Under the pieces are notes generated by a model. It worked only from the letters and a program-made list of their open reading frames with translations. It did no database searches and was not told the DNA's origin. Below, one piece after another: positions 50,462 to 60,343 of a stretch of 64,000 bases of DNA. Made by a program: the position numbers and the translations under genes. Origin of the DNA: Clostridia bacterium (GTDB lineage Bacteria > Bacillota > Clostridia > Oscillospirales > CAG-272); contig JAFVRG010000020.1 of NCBI GenBank assembly GCA_017504405.1, positions 41,881 through 105,880 of the forward strand, in the 5' to 3' direction. Within the stretch, counting starts at the first letter, position 1. The number at the start of each line of letters is the position of its first letter.

Positions 50462-51586
50462 TTATTTTGCTTTATTTTTTGAGCAATTTGATTTTACAAG
50501 CGACAAAATGACCGAAAAAATCTCTCTCTGTGAATTCTTTTTCGCAAATTCCCTCACGTTCTTCTCAATTTTTCCTCGCCGCTCTCTATCCTTTGCAAGC
50601 GAGGATATAAGCTCTGTGAGAGCATCGCACGATAGCTCGCTCTCGTCGAGCAGTACGGCGGCGCCACGCTCTGACAGTGCCATGGCGTTTTTTCTCTGGT
50701 GGTCGTTTGTGACGTTTGGCGAGGGAATGAGTATGGCGCATTTTCCCATTTGGGCGAGCTCGGATAGCGTCATTGCGCCCGCTCGGCAGATTACTATATC
50801 GGCGGCAGACATATATTTTGACATATTTTCAATGTAGGGCACAATTATCCCTCTGTCCCCTATTTTAAGTTCGGAAAACAGGCGCTGGCACTCGGCAAAG
50901 TTCCTCTCTCCGCAGGCGTGCAGATGACAGTAGCCGTTATGCGCCGTTAATTTCTTCATAGTGCCGATGCAAGCCTCATTTACACGCAGAGCACCAAGGC
51001 TTCCTCCAAAGGACAAAATGAATAAATCATCGCCCGAAATTCCCAATTCCCGACGTGCGATCTCTCGGTTAGGAGCTAAAAAACCGCACCTGAGGGGATT
51101 TCCCGTAATGAAAATATTATCCTTTCTTTTCAGATACCGTGCGCCTTCCTCAAAATTGAGCATTACAGCATTCGCACGCCTTGCGAGCATCTTGACAGCG
51201 AGCCCGGGCACTGCGTTTGATTCGTGCAGGGCGGTAGGTATTCCCAGCTTCTGTGCTGCCCGTATGACGGGATAGCACACAAAGCCGCCTGTGCCTATTA
51301 CGGCATCGGGGCGAAGCCTTTTCAAAATTTTCTTTGCCTTTCTCACCGCCCCGAGTGTCATAAGGGCGGTTTTAATGTTGCCAAGCGACAACGAACGGCG
51401 AAGTCCCTGTACGTCAAGATAGCTTATACTGTACCCCGCCTCGCTTATAAGCCTATCCTCAAGCGAGTCTTTGCGCCCTATAAACGAAATGCTCGCATCG
51501 GAAATGTTATTTTCAATAATTGATGCTATTGACAGAGCAGGATTTATATGTCCGGCAGTTCCTCCCGCCGCAAGCAAAAAACGCAT
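50462..51586 (-). CDS. murG: UDP-N-acetylglucosamine--N-acetylmuramyl-(pentapeptide) pyrophosphoryl-undecaprenol GlcNAc transferase
   Basis: GGTAGHINPALS N-terminal motif with a GT28 C-terminal domain. dcw context. Confidence 0.93.
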   Translation of the reverse strand: MRFLLAAGGTAGHINPALSIASIIENNISDASISFIGRKDSLEDRLISEAGYSISYLDVQGLRRSLSLGNIKTALMTLGAVRKAKKILKRLRPDAVIGTGGFVCYPVIRAAQKLGIPTALHESNAVPGLAVKMLARRANAVMLNFEEGARYLKRKDNIFITGNPLRCGFLAPNREIARRELGISGDDLFILSFGGSLGALRVNEACIGTMKKLTAHNGYCHLHACGERNFAECQRLFSELKIGDRGIIVPYIENMSKYMSAADIVICRAGAMTLSELAQMGKCAILIPSPNVTNDHQRKNAMALSERGAAVLLDESELSCDALTELISSLAKDRERRGKIEKNVREFAKKNSQREIFSVILSLVKSNCSKNKAK

Positions 51587-51595
51587 ATGCCTCTC

Positions 51596-52792
51596 CTATT
51601 TTCTTATATTTGACAGCCGTGATACCGACAGAATTATTCCCATTTCCATAAGTAAAATGATAAGGGAGGTGCCTCCGTAGCTGAAAAAGGGCAGAGCAAT
51701 ACCCGTGTTGGGAAAAACGTTAGTAACAACCGCTATGTTAAGTATAACCTGAATTGCTATCTTTGATGAAATTCCGAGGGCAACAAGGCGCATAAAGGTG
51801 TCCTCGCATCTTAGCGCAATAACGTACCCCCTGTAAATTAGCAGAGCAAACAGAGCGATAATAATGAGAGCCCCGAAAAAGCCCAGCTCCTCGCAGGTTA
51901 CTGTAAAAATAAAATCGTTTGCAGGCTCGGATACATAGCTGTATTTGAGTCGGCTGTTGCCGAGTCCGAGCCCCCACAGACCCCCTGAGCCAATAGCCAT
52001 TCTTCCTTGGATTGTCTGCCAGCCTCCGTCACGGGGATAAAGCTCGGGATTTCTCCATATATCTATCCTCTTTTTTGTGTAATCGGTAAAGAGGGCAAAG
52101 GCGGCAACCCCCGAAATACCGACAGCGCCCACCGAGGCGAGATTTTTAATTTTTGCGCCCGCCAAAAATATCATGGAGCAACCAATCATACCGATAATTA
52201 TTATGCCCGACAGGTGCTTTTCGAGAGCAATAAGGGCGCAGAAAAGCCCTATGTAACCGAACGGAACCAGCGTGTCGGCAAGAAAACGGGAAAATCCCCG
52301 TTTTCCAACTGTTTTTGCCTCTGTATCGGTGAAATATTTTGCGAGCATTAAAACTATTGAGAGCTTTGCAAGCTCCGAGGGCTGAAAGGTGGCAAAGCCG
52401 AGGTTGATCCACCGCTTTGCTCCGTTGAGGTTTACTCCGATAATCAATACCAGAATTAAAAGTATTACGGTTACAATGTAAAGGTGTGTCGTATATTTGT
52501 GGATAGTGTCACGTGACGTACGGGAAAACAACGCCAAAACGAAAAAGCCCATAGCGGCAAACATTATCTGCCTCGATATGAAATGAAAGCTGTCGCCGTA
52601 CTGTGCGAGGGCGTATGCCGAGCCTGCGCTCGCTATCATTACAGTACCCGTAACCGTCAGAATTATTACTAAAAGCAGGAAAAAACCGTCGATTTTATGC
52701 GTTTTCTCCCCCACATTTCCTGTAATCCTTCGAATGGGCTCGGCTTTTTGCTCCGAATGCGTAGCTTTTCCGAAATGATAGGAATTGTCCAT
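51596..52792 (-). CDS. ftsW: SEDS-family peptidoglycan glycosyltransferase FtsW/SpoVE
   Basis: Polytopic protein with the LPFFSYGGTSL C-terminal SEDS motif. I moved the start to ATG 52792, which follows AGGAGG; the track's start is 52882. Confidence 0.88.
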   Translation of the reverse strand: MDNSYHFGKATHSEQKAEPIRRITGNVGEKTHKIDGFFLLLVIILTVTGTVMIASAGSAYALAQYGDSFHFISRQIMFAAMGFFVLALFSRTSRDTIHKYTTHLYIVTVILLILVLIIGVNLNGAKRWINLGFATFQPSELAKLSIVLMLAKYFTDTEAKTVGKRGFSRFLADTLVPFGYIGLFCALIALEKHLSGIIIIGMIGCSMIFLAGAKIKNLASVGAVGISGVAAFALFTDYTKKRIDIWRNPELYPRDGGWQTIQGRMAIGSGGLWGLGLGNSRLKYSYVSEPANDFIFTVTCEELGFFGALIIIALFALLIYRGYVIALRCEDTFMRLVALGISSKIAIQVILNIAVVTNVFPNTGIALPFFSYGGTSLIILLMEMGIILSVSRLSNIRK

Positions 52793-52800
52793 ATTGCCTC

Positions 52801-53775
52801 CTAACCTAAAAATGCGAGCAGAGAGAACAGCGCAGTTGCGACAACGAATATCAGAACGATGCCGTTTTCGGACAGACCGCATTTTTCGAGGTGGTGGTGA
52901 ATGGGAGCCATTTTAAACACCCGCCTTTTGCATATTTTATAAACGGTTACCTGAATTATTACCGATGCGCCCTCAATTACGTAGGCTATACCGAAAACGA
53001 GAATGATGAGAGGGCTTCCCATAAGGAATGCACATCCCGTAAGAATTGCGCCTAAAAAGAGCGAGCCCGTATCACCCATAAAAATTTTCGCAGGGTGCAG
53101 GTTGTAGGATAGAAATCCCAACGTGCCGCCGCATACGGCAGAGCATACTGTCAAAAGAAGCGCATTTTCGCTGTTTAAGGCAAAAATTAGCATAAAGAAT
53201 GAAATAACAGCGGCAACCGAGCCCGCCAGCCCGTCTATTCCGTCTGTAAGATTAGCGCAGTTTGTCGCACCCAAAATTAGTATGAGTGCTAAAAAGTAAT
53301 AGAAAATCCCCAAATCAACGCTGATTTTTACAAACGGAATGTAGATTTCGGTACTGATAAAGCCGAGAGCGGACAGAGCAAAGAGGTATAAACCGCTAAC
53401 TGTCAGCTGCAAAAGTATTTTCTGCTTTGGCGTCAGTCCCTCGTTTCGCCTCATGCGTATCTTTGTCATATCGTCAATAAAGCCTATAAGGGCGTTGAGC
53501 ATTGCAAATCCGAGCGTTGAGACGTATGCGAGCAGAAGCGGTGTATTGTTTTGTGATAATAGTAGAACACACACCGCTGAAACAACGGTTATGACCGAGG
53601 CAAAGACGGCGCCTCCCGTAGTGGGAGTCCCCTCCTTATCTTTATGCCAGGATGGGCCTATTTGAAGTATTTTTTGTCCCATTTTCATTCTTTTCAAAAC
53701 GGGAATTGTATATTTTGTGAGGCACGCAGTCAGAATGAGTGCCGACAAGAACGGTACGGCGAATAATGAGAGCAT
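52801..53775 (-). CDS. mraY: phospho-N-acetylmuramoyl-pentapeptide transferase
   Basis: NLTDGIDGLA, MGDTGSL and PIHHHLE motifs. Confidence 0.95.
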   Translation of the reverse strand: MLSLFAVPFLSALILTACLTKYTIPVLKRMKMGQKILQIGPSWHKDKEGTPTTGGAVFASVITVVSAVCVLLLSQNNTPLLLAYVSTLGFAMLNALIGFIDDMTKIRMRRNEGLTPKQKILLQLTVSGLYLFALSALGFISTEIYIPFVKISVDLGIFYYFLALILILGATNCANLTDGIDGLAGSVAAVISFFMLIFALNSENALLLTVCSAVCGGTLGFLSYNLHPAKIFMGDTGSLFLGAILTGCAFLMGSPLIILVFGIAYVIEGASVIIQVTVYKICKRRVFKMAPIHHHLEKCGLSENGIVLIFVVATALFSLLAFLG

Positions 53776-55082
53776 CAGTATTTTTCTTCCTTTATATAAT
53801 CAATTATCTTTTCACATTCCATGCCTCTTGACGCCTTGAACAGAATAATATCCCCACTGCGTATTACAGAGGACGCTACGCTTGCCACCGACCTGTGGCT
53901 TTTGCCACCTATGAAAAATACCTTATCCTGTCCCATTCCTTCACCCAGAGCAGCGGCGGCAGTATATACGCTGTCCTCTCCGTAGGCAATCAGTACGTCC
54001 ACGCCCCGCTTTGCACACAAAACGCCCGTGTCCTCGTGAATTTTTTTTGCATATTCACCGCATTCGAGTATGTCGCCGAGTATTACAACCCTGCGCAGCC
54101 CCTTTTCCCTTGCGATAGAGGACATAAGCGTGAGCGCCGCATCAATAGACTCTATTGATGAGTTGTAGCAATCGTCGAAAAACCATATTCCGTCACGGCA
54201 ATATATATTTTGCCTCATTTTCGGCATATCAACACGTGAAATAAATGAGAAATTTTCTTTAATGCCAACGCCTGCCGCCTCGCAGACTGCTAACGCAATT
54301 GCTGACGCTGTAACCGAATGTATGCTCCTTGACGGAAGAGAAACGGCAATACCGTTTGCGGTGTATTCCGATACATCTCCGAGGCGTATGCTTTCTATCG
54401 CAAAATCGCACATTTCGCCCTTAGCGCCAACGGTAATTTCCTTTTGACGGCAGGAAAAGCTTTTCGGTATGCAAAGTGATGCAGGATGTATGAAATACCC
54501 AGATTCTGCCGTGTTTCTCAATATTGACAGCTTTTCCCTTGCTATGGCTTTTTGTGAGCCGAAGCGTCCTATGTGCGACGTTCCTATGCTCGTTATTACC
54601 GCAATATCGGGCTTGCAAATTCCCGACAGGTATTCGATTTCCCCCGGATTGTTACTGCCCAGCTCAAGCACCAACGCCTGTGTGTCCTTTGGCATCGTCA
54701 GTATGCTTATGGGAACTCCTATATCATTGTTGTTGTTCTCGCTCGTTTTATGCGTTTTAATTCTTGACGAGAGGGCTGCGTATACGTACTCCTTCGCCGT
54801 CGTTTTACCGACACTGCCCGTAATTGCGATCACTGTGGGATTTAATTTTTCACGCACAAATGAAGCGAGCAGACCGAGCGAGGTGCGGTTGCCTGCATAA
54901 AAAGCCCCCTTTTCGAGCGCCTCGGTTATGTGCTGTCGGTTATCGGCGAGAGAGAAGAACAAATCTCCCACCGTCGCCATTCTGGAATCAAGGCAGACGT
55001 GCGTTGCATTTTCTTTTATGACGATTCCAAAAAGAGCGAAGGCTTCATCGGGAGTCAGACTGATGGGTAATTCTATTCGCAT
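53775..55082 (-). CDS. murF: UDP-N-acetylmuramoyl-tripeptide--D-alanyl-D-alanine ligase
   Basis: Mur ligase P-loop ITGSVGKTT. It sits between murE and mraY, with an ATGA overlap with the mraY start. Confidence 0.88.
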   Translation of the reverse strand: MRIELPISLTPDEAFALFGIVIKENATHVCLDSRMATVGDLFFSLADNRQHITEALEKGAFYAGNRTSLGLLASFVREKLNPTVIAITGSVGKTTAKEYVYAALSSRIKTHKTSENNNNDIGVPISILTMPKDTQALVLELGSNNPGEIEYLSGICKPDIAVITSIGTSHIGRFGSQKAIAREKLSILRNTAESGYFIHPASLCIPKSFSCRQKEITVGAKGEMCDFAIESIRLGDVSEYTANGIAVSLPSRSIHSVTASAIALAVCEAAGVGIKENFSFISRVDMPKMRQNIYCRDGIWFFDDCYNSSIESIDAALTLMSSIAREKGLRRVVILGDILECGEYAKKIHEDTGVLCAKRGVDVLIAYGEDSVYTAAAALGEGMGQDKVFFIGGKSHRSVASVASSVIRSGDIILFKASRGMECEKIIDYIKEEKY

Positions 55083-56551
55083 TTTTTCCTTCTCTCCTTC
55101 AATGCTGACCGCACGATTTCCCTTTCGGAAAACGGATGCACACCGTTTTCGTCTATCTCGTATTCCTCGTGTCCTTTGCCTACCAAAAGGATGATGTCAC
55201 CCTCACGTGCGGTAATTATGACGTGGTGAATAGCGGTCTTTCTGTCCTCAATAACGGTTATGTTTTCTTTGCTTGTAATCCCCGAGAGGATGTCGGAAAT
55301 AATACCGCCTTTGTCCTCACTGCGGCTGTTGTCGGAGGTGATTATAACCGAATCTGACAGCTCGCAGGCTATTTTGCCCATCGGCGCACGCTTGCTTTTG
55401 TCACGGTCACCACCGCAACCGAACAGGGTTACTATCCTGCGCCCGTCTGAAAATTTTTTTACGGTATGGAGCAGAGAAGCGAGAGCGCGCTCGGTGTGTG
55501 CATAGTCGATAATTACGGAAAAATTCTCCCCAGTGGCTACGCTCTCCATTCTTCCCTTGGGTGGCTTCATATATTTCATCACCTCTCTCGTTATAACCGC
55601 AGAAATGCCTAAATGCGTTACCGCCGCACACGCTAAAAGGGTGTTATAAACGGTGAATAGTCCTGCAATTTTCGTTTGCAGCTTGAATTTCAAATGCCGT
55701 GATATATAGGTGTATTCGGTTTTATCAGCGGCAAGCCTTATCCCTGTCGCAACGGCGTTTCCCGATGCTGTTGAGCAACGGATAACACTGCCTGAAAAAC
55801 CGTTAAGTATTTTATCCGTATACGGGTCGTCTGCATTGACAACAGCACATTTGGAATGTGAAAACAGCTTTGATTTTGCCAGAGCATACTCCTCCATACT
55901 GTTATGGAAATCGAGATGCTCGGGCGATAGGTTGGTAAATACGCCTATGTCAAAGTAAATGGGCGCAACCTTTTCAAGAGCGAGCGAGTGCGAGGAAACC
56001 TCCATTACCGTATATCTCGCTCCCATATTACGCATTCTTGCGAGTGTTTTGTAAAGGCTCTTGGGGTCGGGTGTGGTCATTGTCAGGGCGCTTTTGTCGC
56101 AGACAATTTCCCTGCCGTCCAGAAATGCGCCGTTAGTTCCTATAACAGCACAGCTCATTCCTGAGGCAGTCAGTATCGAGGATATGTAGTGACACACGCT
56201 CGTCTTGCCGTTAGTTCCCGTGACGCCTATCATTTTCATCTGGCGGTGCGGATTTTTGTAATATCTGCTCCACATTTTCGATAGGGCAAGTCTGCTGTTT
56301 TCCACCTCAAACACAGGTATTTTGTCGGTATGTGTATATATCTGTCCTTTTTCACATACAACCGCCGCCGCCCCTCGGCTCACAACCTCTGAAATGTCAC
56401 TGTGAGTGTTGTGCCGCATACCTGCAATACATACAAATACACAGCCCTCTGTTATTTCTCCTGTGTCGCTTGCAATGTCGTTTACGGAAATGTCAGAGGC
56501 GTTTTTGCCTGATACGTATTCGTTTTCATATATAAGTTCTGATAGCTTCAT
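55073..56551 (-). CDS. murE: UDP-N-acetylmuramoyl-L-alanyl-D-glutamate--2,6-diaminopimelate (or L-lysine) ligase
   Basis: VTGTNGKTS P-loop, GCGGDRD, and a DNSRSED variant of the C-terminal DNPR motif. The amino-acid specificity was not resolved. Confidence 0.9.
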   Translation of the reverse strand: MKLSELIYENEYVSGKNASDISVNDIASDTGEITEGCVFVCIAGMRHNTHSDISEVVSRGAAAVVCEKGQIYTHTDKIPVFEVENSRLALSKMWSRYYKNPHRQMKMIGVTGTNGKTSVCHYISSILTASGMSCAVIGTNGAFLDGREIVCDKSALTMTTPDPKSLYKTLARMRNMGARYTVMEVSSHSLALEKVAPIYFDIGVFTNLSPEHLDFHNSMEEYALAKSKLFSHSKCAVVNADDPYTDKILNGFSGSVIRCSTASGNAVATGIRLAADKTEYTYISRHLKFKLQTKIAGLFTVYNTLLACAAVTHLGISAVITREVMKYMKPPKGRMESVATGENFSVIIDYAHTERALASLLHTVKKFSDGRRIVTLFGCGGDRDKSKRAPMGKIACELSDSVIITSDNSRSEDKGGIISDILSGITSKENITVIEDRKTAIHHVIITAREGDIILLVGKGHEEYEIDENGVHPFSEREIVRSALKERRKKCE

Positions 56552-56558
56552 AAATCTC

Positions 56559-58850
56559 CTAATCCTCTGAATCCTTGTAGAGGGGCGTGAGTGTGATAAA
56601 TGTTCCCGCCATTACCTCGCTACCCTCCGCTATTGACTGTGCGCCTACCGTAATGTTGCCCGAGCTCGGTGCCAGTCCCGTTATTTTTATGTTAAGTCCC
56701 AAATCGGTCAGTATTTTGTTTGCCTCGCTGAGTGGCTTGCCTATAACGCTTGGCACAGTCAGGGTCTTGTAAATGTTATAATCGTCGGTATACAGATATA
56801 TAGTGGCAGGGGAAAGCTGTATCTCCGAGGTGGCAACGGGCGTTTGTGCCCGTACCGTTCCGTATACCGAGGAATAGTCCTTACATTGCTTGCCGTTTAC
56901 GTAGCAGATAAGTCCGTCCGCCAATATTTCCTTTACCGCCTCAGAGGCATCCTTGCCAATATAGTCCTTTACCGTAACCGTCGGTGCTTGCGTGCCCTCG
57001 GCATAGCTCGGCTCGTAGCCGAGGTAGGGCAGAACGTCAGAAAGTATTCTGCTGATATAAGGGGCGGCAACAACACTGCCGTATTTACTGAAGGTTTGAG
57101 GCTGGTCAACTATGAATATAACTGCTATTTTTGCATCATCCGAGGGAGCATAGGCAATACACGAGCCAATACGCTCGCCCGTATCGTTTCCCGTAGCATC
57201 GTCAAATTTCTGGCTCGTTCCTGTTTTTGCCGCTACCTTGTAGCCTAAAACTCCCGCATTCCTTGCACCGCCGTCACCCGATACGCCCTCCTCGAGAATT
57301 CTGCTGACAATTTCGCTCGTTTTTGAGGATATAATCTGCTTTTTTTGAGATGCGTCGTGCTTGTAAACTGTACTTCCGTCCGCCGAAACCACCCTGTCAA
57401 CGAGGTGCGGAGTTACGAGGTAGCCTCCGTTTGCCGCCGCCGCAATGGCACGCAGATGCGCTATCGGCGAAACCTTGAATCGCTGTCCGAAGGACGCCGT
57501 TGCCAGCTCGGTTGTGCCGAGCCCTTCATAGGTATGAAAAATCCCCTTTGCCTCGCTCGGCAAATCTATTCCCGATTTCTCCGTGTAGCCGAATTTCGTG
57601 TAGTATTCGTAAAAGGTTTTTGCGCCTATACGGGCAACTGTCTGCATCATTGTCGGGTTACAGGACTGTTGCAGACCGGTAGCGAAGGTTATTCCCGAGC
57701 CGTGTCCCGTCTTTTTATGGCAGGAAATTCTGTAACCGCCTATTTTGTAGTAGCCTATACAGTCAAATCGGTCATTTTCGGTTATAGAACCGCTGTCAAT
57801 GCCGACACAGGCGGTTATTACCTTGAAGGTAGAGCCGGGCTCGTATATTTCGCTTATTACCTTGTTATTCCACATGGTGTAGAGAAGCGTTGATTTGAGC
57901 GAGCTGTATTCGGGAGAGCCTGCCGCATACCCTGAGCCGTCGAGGACTGCCTGTGAGGCACTGTCGAGCACAAACGGTGTGTTGAGGTTGTAGCTTGGCG
58001 CAGTAGCCATACCGAGAATACCGCCTGTGTTTACGTCCATAATTGCGGCGCATACCCTGTTTGTCGCACCTGTTTCGGACATAGCGAGAGCCACGTTTTC
58101 CTCCAATATGCGCTGTATGTATATATCTATCGTTGTCGTGATGCTCGCTCCGTCAACAGCCTCCTCGTAGCTTATGTATTCGAGAGGGAGCTCATTTCCC
58201 TTGGCATCCTTGGTGTATATGTATCTGCCGTCAGTGCCGGTGAGGTATTCGTTCATTGAGGACTCTATCCCGAACAGTCCCTGATTGTCGGAGCCTGTAA
58301 AGCCTATTACGTGAGAGGCGAGCGTTCCGTACGGGTAATAACGGGTGCTTTCCGCCTCAATATGAACCATATCCTCAAGGGAATTTTGCGATATGAATTC
58401 CAAAACCCTTGCCTTGCTATCTTCGTCAATTCCCTTTTTTACCGTTTGGTCGAGCGTTGAGCCCTTTTGCGTTTTATCGTAGAGTGCGTGATAGTCAACG
58501 CCGAGTATTTCGGACAGTCCCTTAGCTATCAGCTCGCTTTTGTCATTTCCCGTTTTCCTTTTATCGGTTTTTATATCGACCGGGGAAATAAACACTCGCC
58601 ATACCGTTTTGTTGGTGGCGAGCACGGAGCCGTTAATATCGTACAAAAGACCTCTGTCTGCTTTCAGAGCAGAGCCGACGGTTATCTGGTCTATAACCTT
58701 TTTCTGATAAGCTTCATAATCAAAAAATTGCATTTTGAAGAGAACGGTTACGAGCAAAACGGCTACCGTAAAGAAAAAGATGAGCATATACAGCCCCCTT
58801 TTCTTTATGTTGAAATTATGACCGTACTGTACCCATCTTCCGTTTCTCAC
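56559..58850 (-). CDS. class B penicillin-binding protein (FtsI/SpoVD/PBP2B type) with two C-terminal PASTA domains
   Basis: Transpeptidase motifs GSTFK (SxxK), QSCN (SxN) and KTGT. An N-terminal TM anchor is present. Two PASTA-like repeats lie near the C-terminus. Confidence 0.92.
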   Translation of the reverse strand: MRNGRWVQYGHNFNIKKRGLYMLIFFFTVAVLLVTVLFKMQFFDYEAYQKKVIDQITVGSALKADRGLLYDINGSVLATNKTVWRVFISPVDIKTDKRKTGNDKSELIAKGLSEILGVDYHALYDKTQKGSTLDQTVKKGIDEDSKARVLEFISQNSLEDMVHIEAESTRYYPYGTLASHVIGFTGSDNQGLFGIESSMNEYLTGTDGRYIYTKDAKGNELPLEYISYEEAVDGASITTTIDIYIQRILEENVALAMSETGATNRVCAAIMDVNTGGILGMATAPSYNLNTPFVLDSASQAVLDGSGYAAGSPEYSSLKSTLLYTMWNNKVISEIYEPGSTFKVITACVGIDSGSITENDRFDCIGYYKIGGYRISCHKKTGHGSGITFATGLQQSCNPTMMQTVARIGAKTFYEYYTKFGYTEKSGIDLPSEAKGIFHTYEGLGTTELATASFGQRFKVSPIAHLRAIAAAANGGYLVTPHLVDRVVSADGSTVYKHDASQKKQIISSKTSEIVSRILEEGVSGDGGARNAGVLGYKVAAKTGTSQKFDDATGNDTGERIGSCIAYAPSDDAKIAVIFIVDQPQTFSKYGSVVAAPYISRILSDVLPYLGYEPSYAEGTQAPTVTVKDYIGKDASEAVKEILADGLICYVNGKQCKDYSSVYGTVRAQTPVATSEIQLSPATIYLYTDDYNIYKTLTVPSVIGKPLSEANKILTDLGLNIKITGLAPSSGNITVGAQSIAEGSEVMAGTFITLTPLYKDSED

Positions 58851-58862
58851 GACAAGCTCCCG

Positions 58863-58901
58863 AAAATAAAAAATATAGCGAGGGAAAAATCCTTCGCTAT
58901 A
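58863..58901 (-). terminator. terminator-like hairpin between the FtsL-slot gene and the PBP gene
   Basis: On the minus strand: tatagcgaagg / ccctcgctata (one mismatch) with a 7-nt loop, followed by ttttttatttt. Confidence 0.5.
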
Positions 58902-58924
58902 ATTCTATTTGATATTCGGTTTTA

Positions 58925-59368
58925 TTATTCCAATTCCTCGGAGAGGAGCATCGGTGTGTTTTCCTCAGCTACAACAACGGGCTCAGCATCATCGGCCGCA
59001 TTGTCCTTAACAAAGTTTATTCTGTTGAGAACGAGGTATGTCAGCATAACACTGCAGAGCATAAACAGCGCAACTATGCCGATAAGTCCCTTTCTGTGTC
59101 TTCTCTGATTTTCCGCCTTGCTGTCGCTTTCCTCGGAGGGCAGAGAATTGCCACGGGTTATATAATACTCGCTCGTCTTGCTGAAATTCGATTTTGCACG
59201 AACACTCGACGATACGTTTGCTGAGCACTTGTAGCCGTCGTTTTCAGCCTTTTTGAGCATTATTTCGCCTATTGTGCAGTTTTCTGCATCTATAAATCTG
59301 TTGCGAAGCTTCGCGAACAGAGGATTTGCGGACATATCCTGATTTGAGTAGTCAAATGCACGGGTCAT
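58925..59368 (-). CDS. single-pass membrane protein in the FtsL position of the dcw cluster (not a canonical FtsL)
   Basis: 147 aa. It has a ~90-aa cytoplasmic N-terminus, one TM segment (GLIGIVALFMLCSVMLTYLVL) and a short acidic ~38-aa C-terminus. Confidence 0.6.
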   Translation of the reverse strand: MTRAFDYSNQDMSANPLFAKLRNRFIDAENCTIGEIMLKKAENDGYKCSANVSSSVRAKSNFSKTSEYYITRGNSLPSEESDSKAENQRRHRKGLIGIVALFMLCSVMLTYLVLNRINFVKDNAADDAEPVVVAEENTPMLLSEELE

Positions 59369-59395
59369 GGTAAGTCTCCTTTATTGTTCTAAAAT

Positions 59396-60340
59396 TCAGA
59401 GCTTTTCCGCCACCCTCAGCTTTGCGCTTCGGGAGCGTGGGTTTACGGACAGCTCGTTTTGTCCGGGTAATATCGGTTTTTTTGTGATTATCTTTATTTT
59501 TGCCTTATTTCCGCATACGCATACAGGAAAATCGGGCGGACAGGTGCATCTGCCGCATTCATCGCTAAGTCCCTGCTTTACAAGCCTGTCCTCAAGCGAA
59601 TGAAAGGATATTACCGCAATCCTTCCCGTAGGGCATAGATGCTTTACGGCTCCCCTGAGCATCGGCGGTATTCCCGTCAGCTCGGAGTTCACCTCTATTC
59701 TTATTGCCTGAAAGGTTCTTTTCGCAGGGTGTGAGCCCTCGTTTTTGACCGATCCGGGCATAGAAGCTTTTATTATCTCAACGAGCTCCCCCGTTGTCCT
59801 TATGGGTGATTTTTCTCTTGAAATTACTATGTTTTTTGCTATTTTGGGAGCAAAACGCTCCTCTCCGTACTCGTAAATTATGCGTTTTAGCTCGCTCTCG
59901 GAGTAGGTGTTTACAACGGTGTAAGCGGAAAGCACGGCACCCTCGTCCATTCTCATATCGAGCGGAGCATCGTGCATATAGGAAAAACCGCGCTCGGGTG
60001 TGTCAAACTGATATGACGAGCAACCGAGGTCGGCGAGCACGCCGCCGAGATTGTCAATTTTAAGGTCGTTAAGGACCTCGTCAATGTCGGAATAATTTGA
60101 GTGAACGAAGGTTACCTTATCAATATATTCCGAAAGGCGCTCCTTCGCCGCCGCCAGAGCAGTAGTATCTCTGTCTATACATATAAGACGTGAGCCTTCG
60201 CCCAGCCTCTTTGCTATTTCAAGTGAATGACCGCCGCCGCCCGTCGTGCAGTCCACGTAGGTGTAGCCGTCCCTTATATTCAGAGCCTCTATACATTCGT
60301 CGAGCAGCACCGATACGTGCCGGAAATTAACGGTTTCCAT
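59396..60340 (-). CDS. rsmH: 16S rRNA (cytosine1402-N4)-methyltransferase
   Basis: HVSVLLDE, DCTTGGGGHS and DLGCSSYQFD motifs. Confidence 0.95.
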   Translation of the reverse strand: METVNFRHVSVLLDECIEALNIRDGYTYVDCTTGGGGHSLEIAKRLGEGSRLICIDRDTTALAAAKERLSEYIDKVTFVHSNYSDIDEVLNDLKIDNLGGVLADLGCSSYQFDTPERGFSYMHDAPLDMRMDEGAVLSAYTVVNTYSESELKRIIYEYGEERFAPKIAKNIVISREKSPIRTTGELVEIIKASMPGSVKNEGSHPAKRTFQAIRIEVNSELTGIPPMLRGAVKHLCPTGRIAVISFHSLEDRLVKQGLSDECGRCTCPPDFPVCVCGNKAKIKIITKKPILPGQNELSVNPRSRSAKLRVAEKL

Positions 60341-60343
60341 AGA

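Noticed and set aside
58467-59108. 213-aa plus-strand ORF spanning the PBP N-terminus and the FtsL-slot gene
   Set aside because: It is antisense to two dcw genes and crosses an intergenic terminator.
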